A stretch of DNA of 64,000 nt from Candidatus Hydrogenedentota bacterium (GTDB taxonomy: Bacteria > Hydrogenedentota > Hydrogenedentia > Hydrogenedentales > SLHB01). Below, piece by piece: positions 28,626-39,165 of this stretch (the first letter of the stretch is position 1; the number at the start of each line of letters is the position of its first letter). The position numbers and the translations under genes are program-made. The stretch is from assembly GCA_963674865.2 (NCBI GenBank), contig CAXXYE010000007.1, positions 224,001 to 288,000 on the forward strand. The letters run 5' to 3'. The notes under the pieces were generated by a model. That model was not told the origin of the DNA. It was given only the letters and a program-made list of their open reading frames with translations, and made no database searches.

Positions 28626-29734
28626 AGAACGGTAAGCCCATCGCCATAGACCTGTTCGCCGGATGCGGTGGTTTGACACGCGGTCTCCGAGACGCCGGGT
28701 TTCACGTTGGTGCGGCCGTGGAGGTCGATCCTATCGCCGCTCAAACGTATCGTTGGAACAATCGGCGCACCGTCCTGTTTGAGAGGGACGTCCGGGACGT
28801 TTCAGCATCTGAGCTTCTGGATGCATTAGATGGTCGGCCCGTTGCACTGTTGGCTGGCTGCGCGCCATGTCAAGGTTTCTGCTCGTTGACGGCGAAGCAC
28901 AAGAAGGATGACCCTAGAAACGCGCTCCTGATGGTTATGGCCGACCTCATCCAAGAGATTCAACCGCAGGCAATCATGATGGAAAACGTCCCGGGACTGG
29001 TCAACCGAGGGAAGACGGTCTTTGACCAGTTCTTGAGCGTCCTGGACCGGTTTGGATATGACACAGAGGGCTGCTGGCGCGTGGAACAGATGGCGAACTT
29101 CGGGATTCCTCAATCCCGACGGCGTCTGGTCCTACTGGCGGGTCAAGGCTTCAAAGTCCCGTTCCCAAAGCCAACTCATGCGCGTTCGCCCAAGAACGGG
29201 ACTGAGCTGATGCCATGGCGTACCGTCAGTGACGCGATACGCCACATGCGCGCCCCCAAGAGGCTAAAGGCAGCACTCAAAGAGGGCGGCCCTGTCTCCC
29301 ACAACTGGCACGTGGTTCGTGATCTCCAACCGCAGACCAAAGAGAGACTGCGTGCCGCAGTACCTGGACAGACATGGCTCAGAATTGAAGAATCGCTACG
29401 CCCCGAGTGTCATAGAAACGGATACAAAGGATTCACCAACGTCTACGGCAGGATGGCGTGGGACCAACCCTCGCCAACAATCACTGGGGGATGCACGACG
29501 CCATGTAAGGGCAGGTTCGGACATCCAGACCGGAGAAGGCACACGATTTCCGTCAGGGAGGCGGCATTGCTGCAGACCTTCCCAACGCGGTACCGGTTTA
29601 CTACTGACCAGATTGACGCTGTCTGCGACATGATTGGGAACGCGGTCCCCCCCCTCTACGCCAAGCTGGCAGGCAAGCACGTGATGACCGCGCTTGCGGC
29701 ACTATCAGCAAGTGTGGATGCGCCTGACGAATGA
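28622..29734 (+). CDS. dcm: DNA (cytosine-5)-methyltransferase
   Basis: DLFAGCGG (I), APCQGF (IV), MENVPG (VI), PQSRRR (VIII), [10 protein letters not shown] (IX) and IGNAVPP (X). GTGA overlap with the upstream gene. Confidence 0.96.
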   Translation: MKNGKPIAIDLFAGCGGLTRGLRDAGFHVGAAVEVDPIAAQTYRWNNRRTVLFERDVRDVSASELLDALDGRPVALLAGCAPCQGFCSLTAKHKKDDPRNALLMVMADLIQEIQPQAIMMENVPGLVNRGKTVFDQFLSVLDRFGYDTEGCWRVEQMANFGIPQSRRRLVLLAGQGFKVPFPKPTHARSPKNGTELMPWRTVSDAIRHMRAPKRLKAALKEGGPVSHNWHVVRDLQPQTKERLRAAVPGQTWLRIEESLRPECHRNGYKGFTNVYGRMAWDQPSPTITGGCTTPCKGRFGHPDRRRHTISVREAALLQTFPTRYRFTTDQIDAVCDMIGNAVPPLYAKLAGKHVMTALAALSASVDAPDE

Positions 29735-30180
29735 GCAACTGGCCGGGAGATTCACAAAGAGAGCGAACATCCTTTGGTGGCCTGTCCCGCGGACAATTGA
29801 TGGCCCGAGTACGGAGTAGGGGGAACGCGACAACTGAGCAGCGCATGGCCTCATTGCTCCGGTTAACGCGCTTGTCGGGCTGGCGAAGACACCAGCCACT
29901 TCCCGGTCGCCCAGATTTTGTGTGGCGCAAAGAAAAGGTTGCGCTTTTCGTCGACGGCTGCTTCTGGCACGGCCACGACTGCGGAAAGAATGTGACGCCA
30001 AAGACTAATCCCAAGGAATGGCAGGATAAGATTGCAGGCAACAGAAGCAGGGACCGACGCGTTACACGAGCGCTACGCAGGGAAGGGTGGACCGTGATAC
30101 GCGTGTGGGAATGTCAGCTTGCCAAGAATCCCAAGCGTTGCGCAGAAAGAATCAGAAGGGCGCTGTTCTCCTCTCGCTGA
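29731..30180 (+). CDS. vsr: Very-short-patch repair endonuclease
   Basis: [29 protein letters not shown] and [10 protein letters not shown] motifs. ATGA overlap with dcm. Confidence 0.95.
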   Translation: MSNWPGDSQRERTSFGGLSRGQLMARVRSRGNATTEQRMASLLRLTRLSGWRRHQPLPGRPDFVWRKEKVALFVDGCFWHGHDCGKNVTPKTNPKEWQDKIAGNRSRDRRVTRALRREGWTVIRVWECQLAKNPKRCAERIRRALFSSR

Positions 30181-30673
30181 ATTCAAAGACGAATTGAGCT
30201 TCCTCCGTGCGCATCCATCGTGATGGAGAAGACGAGGGAGGTCGGTGGTAACACGGCTCCTGGCCGTGCCCGTATCACTACGTGAGCGGATATCACCAAA
30301 TCCCGAATCGCTGTCCACAAGATGATGTCACAACTGTTGAGTCTTGCCGGAATCTCTTCCTCGAGCTACGTTTGTCCCTACAAAAGTGACATGGCGAGAC
30401 AAGACCGGACCCTCGACCCGTACACTGAGCCATGCACGGCTTGGGCTTCGGTGAGTTCGCAATACGCGGAGTCGCGTCTGGAAATGCGCGCCCATTATGG
30501 CGCACTACCGCCACTCCGGGCAGCGTCGCGAGCGTAGCATAATCTCCCTTTGAGCTAATAGAGAGTATGCGTGAGAAGCGCGCGCCGGAACCGCCGCACG
30601 TACGTTGGAAGGACTCCAGAGAAATGCCGCGTGGACCCAAGGGGCCGCCACGGGAGCGCGTAGCGGCGAAGAG

Positions 30674-30862
30674 TTACTCCACGGCCACCAGGCACATGCC
30701 GAGTTGTTCCTCGAGATCACGGAGGTGCGCGACCTTCTCCGCGTCCAGCGCCGCGGGCTCGAGTGTAACATCCGTCACGGCCAGCAACTTAACCTCCGAG
30801 TTCTGCTCGAAATCTTGCAGGGCCTTTAGCTGGTCATCACTCAACTTGGCGAAGACGTACAT
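30674..30862 (-). CDS. Small hypothetical protein made of two internal repeats
   Basis: 62 aa with a strong GGAGG RBS; AKLSDDQLKALQDFEQ...LLAV resembles AALDAEKVAHLRDLEE...LVAV. Confidence 0.75.
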   Translation of the reverse strand: MYVFAKLSDDQLKALQDFEQNSEVKLLAVTDVTLEPAALDAEKVAHLRDLEEQLGMCLVAVE

Positions 30863-31033
30863 GACATCCGTCCTCCCTTTATCACATAATCCGTTTCGTC
30901 AACAAAGCCAGTATCGGCCTCGGTGCGCGATTTGTCAACGGCCTGAACGCTTCGAACTGCGCGGCAATATTGGCAACCCGGCCGCCCGGATGCACCCCGC
31001 CGCCTCAATCGCGTATCATGCCGTGGCAGAACC

Positions 31034-31819
31034 ATGGCAAAGAAACAAACACCGCCGCGCCGCGAAACCGACCTCTACCAACCGGTACACGACTTCCTCG
31101 TCGCGCAAGGCTACACCGTCCGGGCGGAGGTCAATCACTGCGATATCACCGCCCGCAAAGGCGACGACTTGATCCTCATCGAACTCAAGCGACACTTCGG
31201 CATCGACCTGCTGCTTCAGGCCTCCGAGCGCCAACGCATCTCGGACTCGGTTTACGTCGCCTTTCCCGCCCCGACCGATCTTGGGCGCTCCCGGCGATGG
31301 CGTGGGATCAAACGGCTCCTGCGTCAACTCGAGCTTGGCCTCATCCTCGTGTTCACTGATTCGCCCAAGCCGCGGATCGAGATCGTCTTTCATCCACTTC
31401 CCTACCAGCGGCGTAAGAACAAGGCAGCGCGGCGGGCCGTCCTACAGGAGATCGCGGCCCGCTCAGGCGACTACAACCAGGGCGGCGCCACCCGCACCAA
31501 GCTCGTCACGGCCTACCGCGAAAACGCGATTCATATCGCCTGCTGCCTGGACAAGCTCGGCCCGTTGACGCCCCGCCGACTCCGCGCCCTCGGAACCGGC
31601 CCCAAAACGCTGTCCATCGTGTCCAGTAACTTCTACGGCTGGTTCGAGCGCATAGCGCGCGGCGTTTATGCCATTACCCCCGCGGGCAACGCTGCTCTCG
31701 ACGATTACCCCGAACTTGCCGGCCAGTATCGCCAGCAATTGGCGGGCGAAGCCGGCGCCGGTGCTGAACAGTCGCGCAGCACTGCTGTCCCACGCACACG
31801 GAAGGGGAGGACGTCTTGA
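31034..31819 (+). CDS. DUF2161-family putative PD-(D/E)xK protein
   Basis: ETDLYQPV..FL..QGY.V..EV..CDI, IELK, LLQA..RQ, TAYRENA and NFYGWFERIARGVY. Confidence 0.88.
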   Translation: MAKKQTPPRRETDLYQPVHDFLVAQGYTVRAEVNHCDITARKGDDLILIELKRHFGIDLLLQASERQRISDSVYVAFPAPTDLGRSRRWRGIKRLLRQLELGLILVFTDSPKPRIEIVFHPLPYQRRKNKAARRAVLQEIAARSGDYNQGGATRTKLVTAYRENAIHIACCLDKLGPLTPRRLRALGTGPKTLSIVSSNFYGWFERIARGVYAITPAGNAALDDYPELAGQYRQQLAGEAGAGAEQSRSTAVPRTRKGRTS

Positions 31820-32357
31820 AGCCCGGGATTGTAATGCTATCGTTCACGCTCGTTGCCCTCAGCGCAACGGCCACCACCCTCTAGTATTCTGACTCGCAAT
31901 TTACGTTGCTTGTCCGCAGACGAAGAACGCCAAAAAGAAGCGAAAGACCGGGACTGTCCGAAGCGGAGTCCGCCGCAGGCGGACGCAGACGGGACTGTCC
32001 CAGGTCCTTCAGCGGCCTGCGTGCAGCAACTCCGGACTTTTTCAACGGCTCCTCTGTCCCTGCTTTTCGCGGCAAGAATATGACGCCATCAGCGTGAGGC
32101 ATACCTCTAGGCACAGCCGGTTTCCCTACCATCGCGGCGGCGAGAAGGGCACCTTCGTCAGGTCCTGGCCTTCCATCAACCTCGCGGGCTGCTGCGCCAC
32201 CGGCGGCAAGTCCGATAACATTAGGTTCGTCATCGAGTTCAGCACCTCTATCGAGATCCATGCTCGCATCACTCCCGAAAGCGGCGATAGCACCGATCTC
32301 AAATCCACCAGGACCGTCGTCTACTCCTTTGAAGACCGCCAATCCGATATGGCCTAA
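31816..32357 (+). pseudogene. Decayed duplicate of the 5' part of the beta-helix gene at 34485, interrupted by a MITE
   Basis: MKPGIVMLSFTLVALSATATTL vs MKRGMVMLSLTLFAFNASAATL, with the same GGAGGACG RBS and TTG start. After the MITE, GKSDNIRF..FSTSIEIH...ESGDSTDLKST vs NKSDGIGF..FNTFIEIH...ENGDGVDLEST. Confidence 0.85.
31881..32110. mobile_element. MITE-like element, copy 2, with CTAG at both ends
   Basis: ctagtattctgactc...gcgtgaggcatacctctag. Homologous to 50742-50898; the flanks rejoin into one gene remnant. Confidence 0.8.
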
Positions 32358-32486
32358 TGGTCTTGCAGCGGCTGCCGGGGACTGATGTTGTTACACAGGT
32401 TCGGCGCGTGCCGTCAATGGGCCCAGAGGTTTGCGACGCAAGGCCGGTGCAGCGGCGGGGAGTGAGGACGCAACGAGGAGGGCGAA

Positions 32487-34421
32487 ATGCCGGATCGGGA
32501 GAAGTCCCTCACAATCAAGCGCCGCGAGTTTCTTGCCGGGATGGTGTCGGCGGGAGTGGCTGCCGCGGTAGGGCATTCTCGCGGGGTGGACGCTTCGCTG
32601 CGGCGTCCCAATGTTGTGATGTTTGTCGTCGACGACATGGGGTGGATGGACTCCACCGTATACGGCAGCCGCTACTACGAGACGCCCAATCTCGAGCGTC
32701 TGGCCAAACGCGCCGTACGCTTCACGAACGCCTACTCGGCAGCCCCGCTGTGCTCGGCCACCCGTGCCAGCATTATGACGGGCAAGTATCCGGCCCGGCT
32801 CCACATCACCAGCGCCGCCGGCCATCTGCCTTCTCCGAAGGGACCCCTTATGCCGGAGACCGGCCCGCCCCATCAGGAGGTCCTGTGTCCCCGATGCCAA
32901 GGCTATCTCCCACTCGACGAGTACACCCTTGCCGAGGCGCTCAGGGACGCCGGCTATCGCACCGGCTTCGTCGGCAAGTGGCACCTGGGCCACGACGAGA
33001 AGCTTTGGCCCGAGTACCAAGGCTTCGACCTGAACGTCGGCGGCGGGCGATGGCCCGGGCCCCCAAGCTATTTCTCACCCTACCGCATAAGCAAGTTGCC
33101 GGACGGACCCGAGGGAGAATACATCGCCGACCGCTTGACGGATGAGGCGCTGAAGTTCGTCGAGGACGCCAAAGACGGCCCCTTCTACCTCAACTTCTGG
33201 CAATACGCCGTGCACGCCCCCTACCAGAGCAAGGAAGATTACCGGCGCTACTTCGAGGGGAAGCAAGATCCCCGCGGCGCGCAAGATAACGCCGTCATGG
33301 CCGCCATGATCAAGAGTATGGACGAAAGCCTCGGACGCCTCTTGGACAAGCTCGAAGAACTCGGCCTGATGGACCACACCATCATCCTCTTCTCTTCCGA
33401 CAACGGCGGCAACATGTATGACCGTACCCTTCGCGATGGTAAGCAACTGGGGCCCTGGGCGCCGGAAGGGCGTACCCCCACCAATAATGCGCCATTGCGC
33501 GGGGGAAAGGGCTCCGTTTACGAGGGCGGCGTGCGCGTGCCCACACTCATCTATTGGCCCAACGTCACTCGCGGCGACACGACCTCGGACGAGATCATAA
33601 GCACTATCGATTATTATCCAACCTTGCTCGATATGATCGGCGTCGCGCCCCGGCCGGGACAGGCCTTCGACGGGATATCTGTCGTCCCTGCACTCCTTGG
33701 CAGGAGGCTGCGGCGCGACGCGCTCTACGGCCATTTCCCGCACGTGGTCCCCGCCGTGCCGTGCCAGCCCGCGAGTTGGATCCGTAAAGGCGACTGGAAG
33801 CTCATCCGGTTTTACCAGCTCGATGAGAGCTTCCCAAACCGCCTTGAACTCTACGATCTCCGCCACGACATCGGCGAGGTGAAGAACCTGGTTGCCTCTC
33901 ATCCTCGCCGCGCGCGCGACCTCGAACGACTGCTGGACAAGCATCTTGAGGATACCCACGCGCTCGTGCCCAAACCCAACCCCAACTATGTGCCGGGGGC
34001 TGAGAGAGAGATCGAAGGCTGGCGCCCAAACGGCAATTGCTGGATAACGCGGCAAGACGGACTTCTTGCCCTCACGAGCATCGGGGACGACCCGTTCATC
34101 ATCAACCGCACCGTGCCCGAGGCTTCGGGAGAACTCACGATCCGCTTCCGGATGCGCTCGAAAGGCCCCGGCCCAGGCCAATTCTTCTGGACTACGCGTC
34201 GTGAACCACAGTTTGGGCCGGGCCGGCGCCTCGACTTCGAATACCGCCAGGACGGGAGTTGGCAAGAACACGCCCTCACCTTCGACGCGCCCGACCCGCT
34301 CCAGGCGATTCGGATCGACCCCATCGTCGGCTCAGGAAAGGTGGAGTTTGAATGGATTCGTGTGGAATCGGCGGAGGAAGGCGCGAAGCATCTCGCCGAG
34401 TGGCGCTTCTCGCAGCAGTGA
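32487..34421 (+). CDS. Tat-exported arylsulfatase (S1 family) with a C-terminal beta-sandwich
   Basis: KRREFL twin-arginine signal; VDDMG, CSATRASIMTG (FGly motif), GKWHLG, SDNGG and GKGSVYEGGVRVP. Confidence 0.95.
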   Translation: MPDREKSLTIKRREFLAGMVSAGVAAAVGHSRGVDASLRRPNVVMFVVDDMGWMDSTVYGSRYYETPNLERLAKRAVRFTNAYSAAPLCSATRASIMTGKYPARLHITSAAGHLPSPKGPLMPETGPPHQEVLCPRCQGYLPLDEYTLAEALRDAGYRTGFVGKWHLGHDEKLWPEYQGFDLNVGGGRWPGPPSYFSPYRISKLPDGPEGEYIADRLTDEALKFVEDAKDGPFYLNFWQYAVHAPYQSKEDYRRYFEGKQDPRGAQDNAVMAAMIKSMDESLGRLLDKLEELGLMDHTIILFSSDNGGNMYDRTLRDGKQLGPWAPEGRTPTNNAPLRGGKGSVYEGGVRVPTLIYWPNVTRGDTTSDEIISTIDYYPTLLDMIGVAPRPGQAFDGISVVPALLGRRLRRDALYGHFPHVVPAVPCQPASWIRKGDWKLIRFYQLDESFPNRLELYDLRHDIGEVKNLVASHPRRARDLERLLDKHLEDTHALVPKPNPNYVPGAEREIEGWRPNGNCWITRQDGLLALTSIGDDPFIINRTVPEASGELTIRFRMRSKGPGPGQFFWTTRREPQFGPGRRLDFEYRQDGSWQEHALTFDAPDPLQAIRIDPIVGSGKVEFEWIRVESAEEGAKHLAEWRFSQQ

Positions 34422-34484
34422 CGATATCTGAGCGGTCCACCGCCCGCCGCCCACCGCGCCATGCGTAAGGAAAAGGAGGACGCT

Positions 34485-36273
34485 TTGAAACGTGGAATGG
34501 TGATGCTGTCGTTGACGCTCTTTGCTTTCAATGCAAGCGCCGCCACATTGCGCGTGCCTGCCGGTTATTCCACCATCCAGGCTGCTGCCGCGGCCGCGCG
34601 CCCCGGTGACATCATTGCCCTTGCGCCGGGAACGTACCACGAATGCGTTGAACTTAATGGCGTGTCCCTGATGGGCGCGAACGCGCGGCGTTGTGCCATT
34701 GAAGGCAACCGAGAAGAAACGCTCCTGACGATATCCGGCAAGGCCAGGATCGCCAACCTGGCCATTCGCGATGGCGAGAATGGCATCCGTGTTGCCCCCG
34801 GGGCTTCCGTCGAAGTGGAGCACTGCCGGATCATCGGCAACAAATCCGACGGCATAGGCTTCGAAAACGCGTTCAATACCTTCATCGAAATCCATGATTG
34901 CCTCATCGCGGAAAACGGCGATGGCGTCGATCTCGAATCCACCCAGGCCGTGATCCGCGGCACACGGTTCAAGCGGAACCACGATGATGGCCTCGACTTG
35001 GACGGCGATGCGGGCGCGCTCGTGTACAACTGCGAGTTCATCGACAACGGAGATGACGGCATTGAAATCCGCTTGGCCACACGGACGCATGCCATCGTCC
35101 AAAGCTGCCGGTTCAGTGGCAACGGGGAAGACGGCCTCGAAATCATCGATTCGCCCCTCGAAGACGGGCTCTACAACATCCTTGGCGTGCAGAATTGCGC
35201 CTTCTCAAACAACAAACGATTCGGCGTCGGCTTTGTCGATCAAGAGACGGAGACGAACGGCAGCGCCATGTCAAAGACAGCGGTATACGCGACTCAGAAT
35301 GACTTTCGCGGCCCCGCCGTTAGCCCCAATTACACCTCCGTGTTTGAAGCAGGCCGCGCCTATTCAAAGCGAGCACGCGTGAACCTGACCCGGGGACAAA
35401 GGACAAACCGGCAGAACGTCAGAGTGCGCATCCCTGTCCTGCTCGCTGTATACGATCTTCGACCCACAACCGATGGCACGATGGCCTCCGACGCCGAGGG
35501 GTGTGGCCGTGAGCGCCGGGCGACTCTTTGTCGCCGACGACAATAACAGGTCGGTACATGTTCTCAGCCGCAAAACCGGCGAGGTCATCCGATCCATTCC
35601 TACTGCCCCCTTTCCGGATGGGGGAGAGGAAGCTCACGGCGCTGAAGGCCTCGCACTCACTTGCGACGACGCCCTTCTCCTTGCCGACGACTACGGAAGG
35701 GCCCTGTTTGAGTTGACGCTCGACGACACCGCCTTGGGGCGCGTGACCCGGCGCCGCTCTACCGAGGCAATCGGCCCCGTCGAGGGAATCGAGCAGCTCG
35801 GCGATCACTTAATTGCCGCGGTGAACCGCTCGAGGCTGTACACCTTGGACTCAAAGACGCTCGAACCTCTCGCGCCTCCCGTGGAACTCCGCGTAGAGGC
35901 ATTCGGCGAACACATTGCGGGAGTCGGCGGCGACGTAGCGAGTGAGCGTGTGTTCGTCACGCTCTCGGCCTACACAGGCTCCGATCAGAAATGGCGCAAC
36001 CAATCCAGCGCCTTCGCCGAGTTGAAACCGCGGTTGTCGCGGGTGAACTCGCTCTGGCATCTCGGACCCTTCTCGAACGATCCGCGCGGCATCGCCCTGG
36101 ACGACGGCCTTGTCTACGTAGCCGACGGCCGCGGTACGTTCACCGACGAACGGACGGGAGAGATCAACCGGGGCGGCATCAAAGTCCTTGTGTTCACGCT
36201 GGACTCCCGCCCGAAGAACCTGGCGCGAGTCCTCCCGCACCTGCCCATTCGACAGGATACCGGGACGCCCTAG
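34485..36273 (+). CDS. Secreted right-handed beta-helix + beta-propeller protein (one frameshift near 35500)
   Basis: TTG start after AGGAGG; VPAGYSTIQAA and N.DDG repeats. Removing one G in gaggggt joins DAEG to VAVSAGRLFVADD of the 35473 ORF. Confidence 0.8.
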
Positions 36274-36308
36274 ATGAACGTACAATGCTTCTGGCCGGGA
36301 AGAATGAA

Positions 36309-39164
36309 ATGCGCTTAACCTTGTCTTTGACCTTGCTGACGTGCAGTTTGCTGACGAGTCTCTCTCTACAAATCGGAGCCCAGATACCCATGACCGACTC
36401 CTCAGGCGTCGTATCACTCTTCAATGGGAAAGACCTAGCCAGTTTCTACACCTTCCTCAAGGGCCGAGGACGCGATAACGACCCGGCGGGTGTGTTCTGC
36501 GTCAAGGACGGAATGATTCGCATCGCCGGGAGCGAGTGGGGGTGCCTGACGACCAACGAGGAATACCGGGACTACCATCTTATCGTCGAGTACCGCTGGG
36601 GCGATGACACCCACGCGCCTCGAGAAGGCAAGGCGCGCGACAGCGGCGTCCTGGTGCACTCCGTGGGCCCCGACGGCGCGTACAGCGGCACCTGGATGCA
36701 CGCGATTGAATGCCAGATGATTGAAGGCGGCACCGGCGATTTCATCGTCGTCGGCGACGGCAGCGACCGCTTCTCTATCACCTGTCCGCTGAAATGGACC
36801 GACGACGACAAGCCGGCCGTGTTCAAGAACGACGGCACGATGACCGCCAAGACCGGCGGCCGCGTGGACTGGTTCGCGCGGGATCCGGAGTGGGCCGATA
36901 AGCTTGGATTCCGCGGCGCACGCGACCTGGAGAAGCCGCCAGGCGAATGGAACTGCCTCGAGGTGATCTGCGATCAGGACCGCATCACGAACAAGCTCAA
37001 CGGCGTTATTGTCAATCAGGCCTTCCAGGTTCGCCCGAGTTCCGGCCGCATCCAGATTCAATCCGAAGGCGCCGAACTTTTCGTCCGGCGCGTGGAACTG
37101 CGGCCTGTCGAGCCCAAGCCTGGCCCCGGCGCCAACAAACGGCGATTCATCTACAACAGTGACGGCAATAATATGTACATCCACAAGGATTATCCGATGT
37201 CCGTGGAGGATGTATACACCTACGTGGATGAACTCGTCGGCACGCAGGTGACCACCCTCTTCCTCTCACCGAATTTCGGCATGCCCGTCACGTATCCCAC
37301 CGAGGTCGGCGATTTCATCGGCGAACACGCCGGCCCGGAATTCAAGGCGAAGATCGCCCCTGACGCGCCGCCCGGCTCCTCTGAGCGCGGCATCGTGAAC
37401 ATGCGCGCCATGCTGGATGCCGGCCACGATCCCTTCGGTGTTGTCTTAGACCGCGCCAGGGAACAAGGACTCGAAGTATTTGTCACGTGGCGGCTCAATG
37501 AAGTGCACAACGTGGAACAGTTAGACAGCCTCATCTTCTCCCGCTTCTGGAAGGAACACCCCGAGTGGCGCATAGGCAAGGCGGGCGATCCTTTGCCACC
37601 CATCTACCTCGATATTCTCGGCATCAACACACACCCTGTCGTCGCGAGTTGGCTGCCTGGCGGCCTCAACTTCGCCGTGCCGGAGGTGCGCGCCCATCGA
37701 CTGGCGCAATTGCGTGAATGTCTTGAGCGTTTCACCGTGGACGGCTTGGAACTCGATTTCCAGCGCTTCCCCATGTACTTCAAGCCCGGTGAGGAGGCGC
37801 GGCACATCGAGACGATGACGCAGTTTGTGCGCGATGTCCGCGCCTTGGCCGACGAAATCGGCGAGAAGCGGGGGTGTCCCCTCCGATTGTGCGCGCGTAT
37901 CATGGCCCGGCCTGAGCAGAATCGCGCGATAGGACTCGACCCGGTTGCCTGGGCCAACGAAGGCCTGCTCGATTTCGTCATCGTGTCGCATTACCTGCGC
38001 AATGATTATCCCCTTCCCATCCAAGAATACCGCGCGCTCTTGCCGGAAGGTATGCCCATCTACGGCTCCGTTGAATACGCCACTCGCATGGATGCCTACC
38101 GGCATGTGGCGCGGCAGCTATGGGATGACGGCGTCGACGGCGTCTACCTCTTCAATTTCTTCGCCGCCAGGGAAAGCCGCAAAGAGCCGCTGAACGCACT
38201 CCTCCATGAGCTGGGCGACCCGGCCACCATTGCCCCGCCCGTATTCGCCGAGAGAAAGCCCTTGCTCCTCGTGGCCAACAAACACAGCGACACGTTGAGT
38301 TACGTCGATCCCGAGACGCTGCAAGTCCTGGATACGATCGCGACCGGCCCCAACCCCCACGAGATGGCCGTCACGCCGGATCGGCGATATCTTTATCTTT
38401 CCAACTATGCCCCTCCCGGAAACACGATCTCCGTGATCGATCTTCTGGCGCACAAGCACATCAAACAAATCCCTAGCGGGGAGTACACGCGCATCCACGG
38501 CGCGGCCATGGCCCCCGACGGGCGTCATGCCTATTTCACGGCAGGCCAAACAGGCTTTGTCGTGGAGGTGGACACCGAGACGAATGAGGTGACCCGCGAC
38601 ATTACGACGCACGGCCTGATCTCGCACATGGTGTTGGTGTCCCCCGATGGCCGGCGGCTCTACACCGCGAACATCACCTCGGAGAACGTGTCCGTCATCG
38701 ATCGCGAGTCAGGCGAGTTAATCACCCAGATTCCTTGCGGCGAGGGCTGCGAAGGGATGGCCTTCACGCCGGACGGCAAACAGCTATGGGTGGGAAATCA
38801 AACGGGGGCAAGCATCACCATCATCGACCTGGCGACGCACGAGCCGATCAAGACTTTCCCATGCGCCGGTATGCCCGTTCGCATCCGGTTCACGCCCGAC
38901 GGCGCCCTGGCCCTCGTGTCGAGTTGGGCCGAGGAGGGTGAACTGATAGTCATCGAAGCCGCCACCCAGCGCGAACTCAAGCGCCTACCCGTGGGACGAC
39001 GCGCCATCGGGCTCGAACTCTCGCCCGACGGCAAGCGCGTGTTCGTCGGCTGCGAATATGACGACGGCGTGCACGTTATCGACCTCGATACGCTATCCGT
39101 GATGGGCAAATTCCAGACGGGCAACGGCTCCGACTCGATAGCCTGGTGGGTGCCGCCGGTGTGA
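36309..39164 (+). CDS. Secreted fusion: DUF1080 (3-keto-disaccharide hydrolase-like) + GHL10-like TIM barrel + YVTN beta-propeller
   Basis: SLFNGKDL, DSGVLVH, GEWN and IQIQSEG; then IYNSDG, LNFAVPEVR, DGLELDF and DGVYLFN; then TPDG repeats. Start re-called. Confidence 0.85.
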   Translation: MRLTLSLTLLTCSLLTSLSLQIGAQIPMTDSSGVVSLFNGKDLASFYTFLKGRGRDNDPAGVFCVKDGMIRIAGSEWGCLTTNEEYRDYHLIVEYRWGDDTHAPREGKARDSGVLVHSVGPDGAYSGTWMHAIECQMIEGGTGDFIVVGDGSDRFSITCPLKWTDDDKPAVFKNDGTMTAKTGGRVDWFARDPEWADKLGFRGARDLEKPPGEWNCLEVICDQDRITNKLNGVIVNQAFQVRPSSGRIQIQSEGAELFVRRVELRPVEPKPGPGANKRRFIYNSDGNNMYIHKDYPMSVEDVYTYVDELVGTQVTTLFLSPNFGMPVTYPTEVGDFIGEHAGPEFKAKIAPDAPPGSSERGIVNMRAMLDAGHDPFGVVLDRAREQGLEVFVTWRLNEVHNVEQLDSLIFSRFWKEHPEWRIGKAGDPLPPIYLDILGINTHPVVASWLPGGLNFAVPEVRAHRLAQLRECLERFTVDGLELDFQRFPMYFKPGEEARHIETMTQFVRDVRALADEIGEKRGCPLRLCARIMARPEQNRAIGLDPVAWANEGLLDFVIVSHYLRNDYPLPIQEYRALLPEGMPIYGSVEYATRMDAYRHVARQLWDDGVDGVYLFNFFAARESRKEPLNALLHELGDPATIAPPVFAERKPLLLVANKHSDTLSYVDPETLQVLDTIATGPNPHEMAVTPDRRYLYLSNYAPPGNTISVIDLLAHKHIKQIPSGEYTRIHGAAMAPDGRHAYFTAGQTGFVVEVDTETNEVTRDITTHGLISHMVLVSPDGRRLYTANITSENVSVIDRESGELITQIPCGEGCEGMAFTPDGKQLWVGNQTGASITIIDLATHEPIKTFPCAGMPVRIRFTPDGALALVSSWAEEGELIVIEAATQRELKRLPVGRRAIGLELSPDGKRVFVGCEYDDGVHVIDLDTLSVMGKFQTGNGSDSIAWWVPPV

Positions 39165-39165
39165 A

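Noticed and set aside
26050..30600. Prophage or integrative element
   Set aside because: No integrase, transposase or phage genes, and I could not find flanking direct repeats by eye.
30181..30670. Additional island gene downstream of vsr
   Set aside because: Only short ORFs without RBS or recognisable motifs; possibly decayed sequence.
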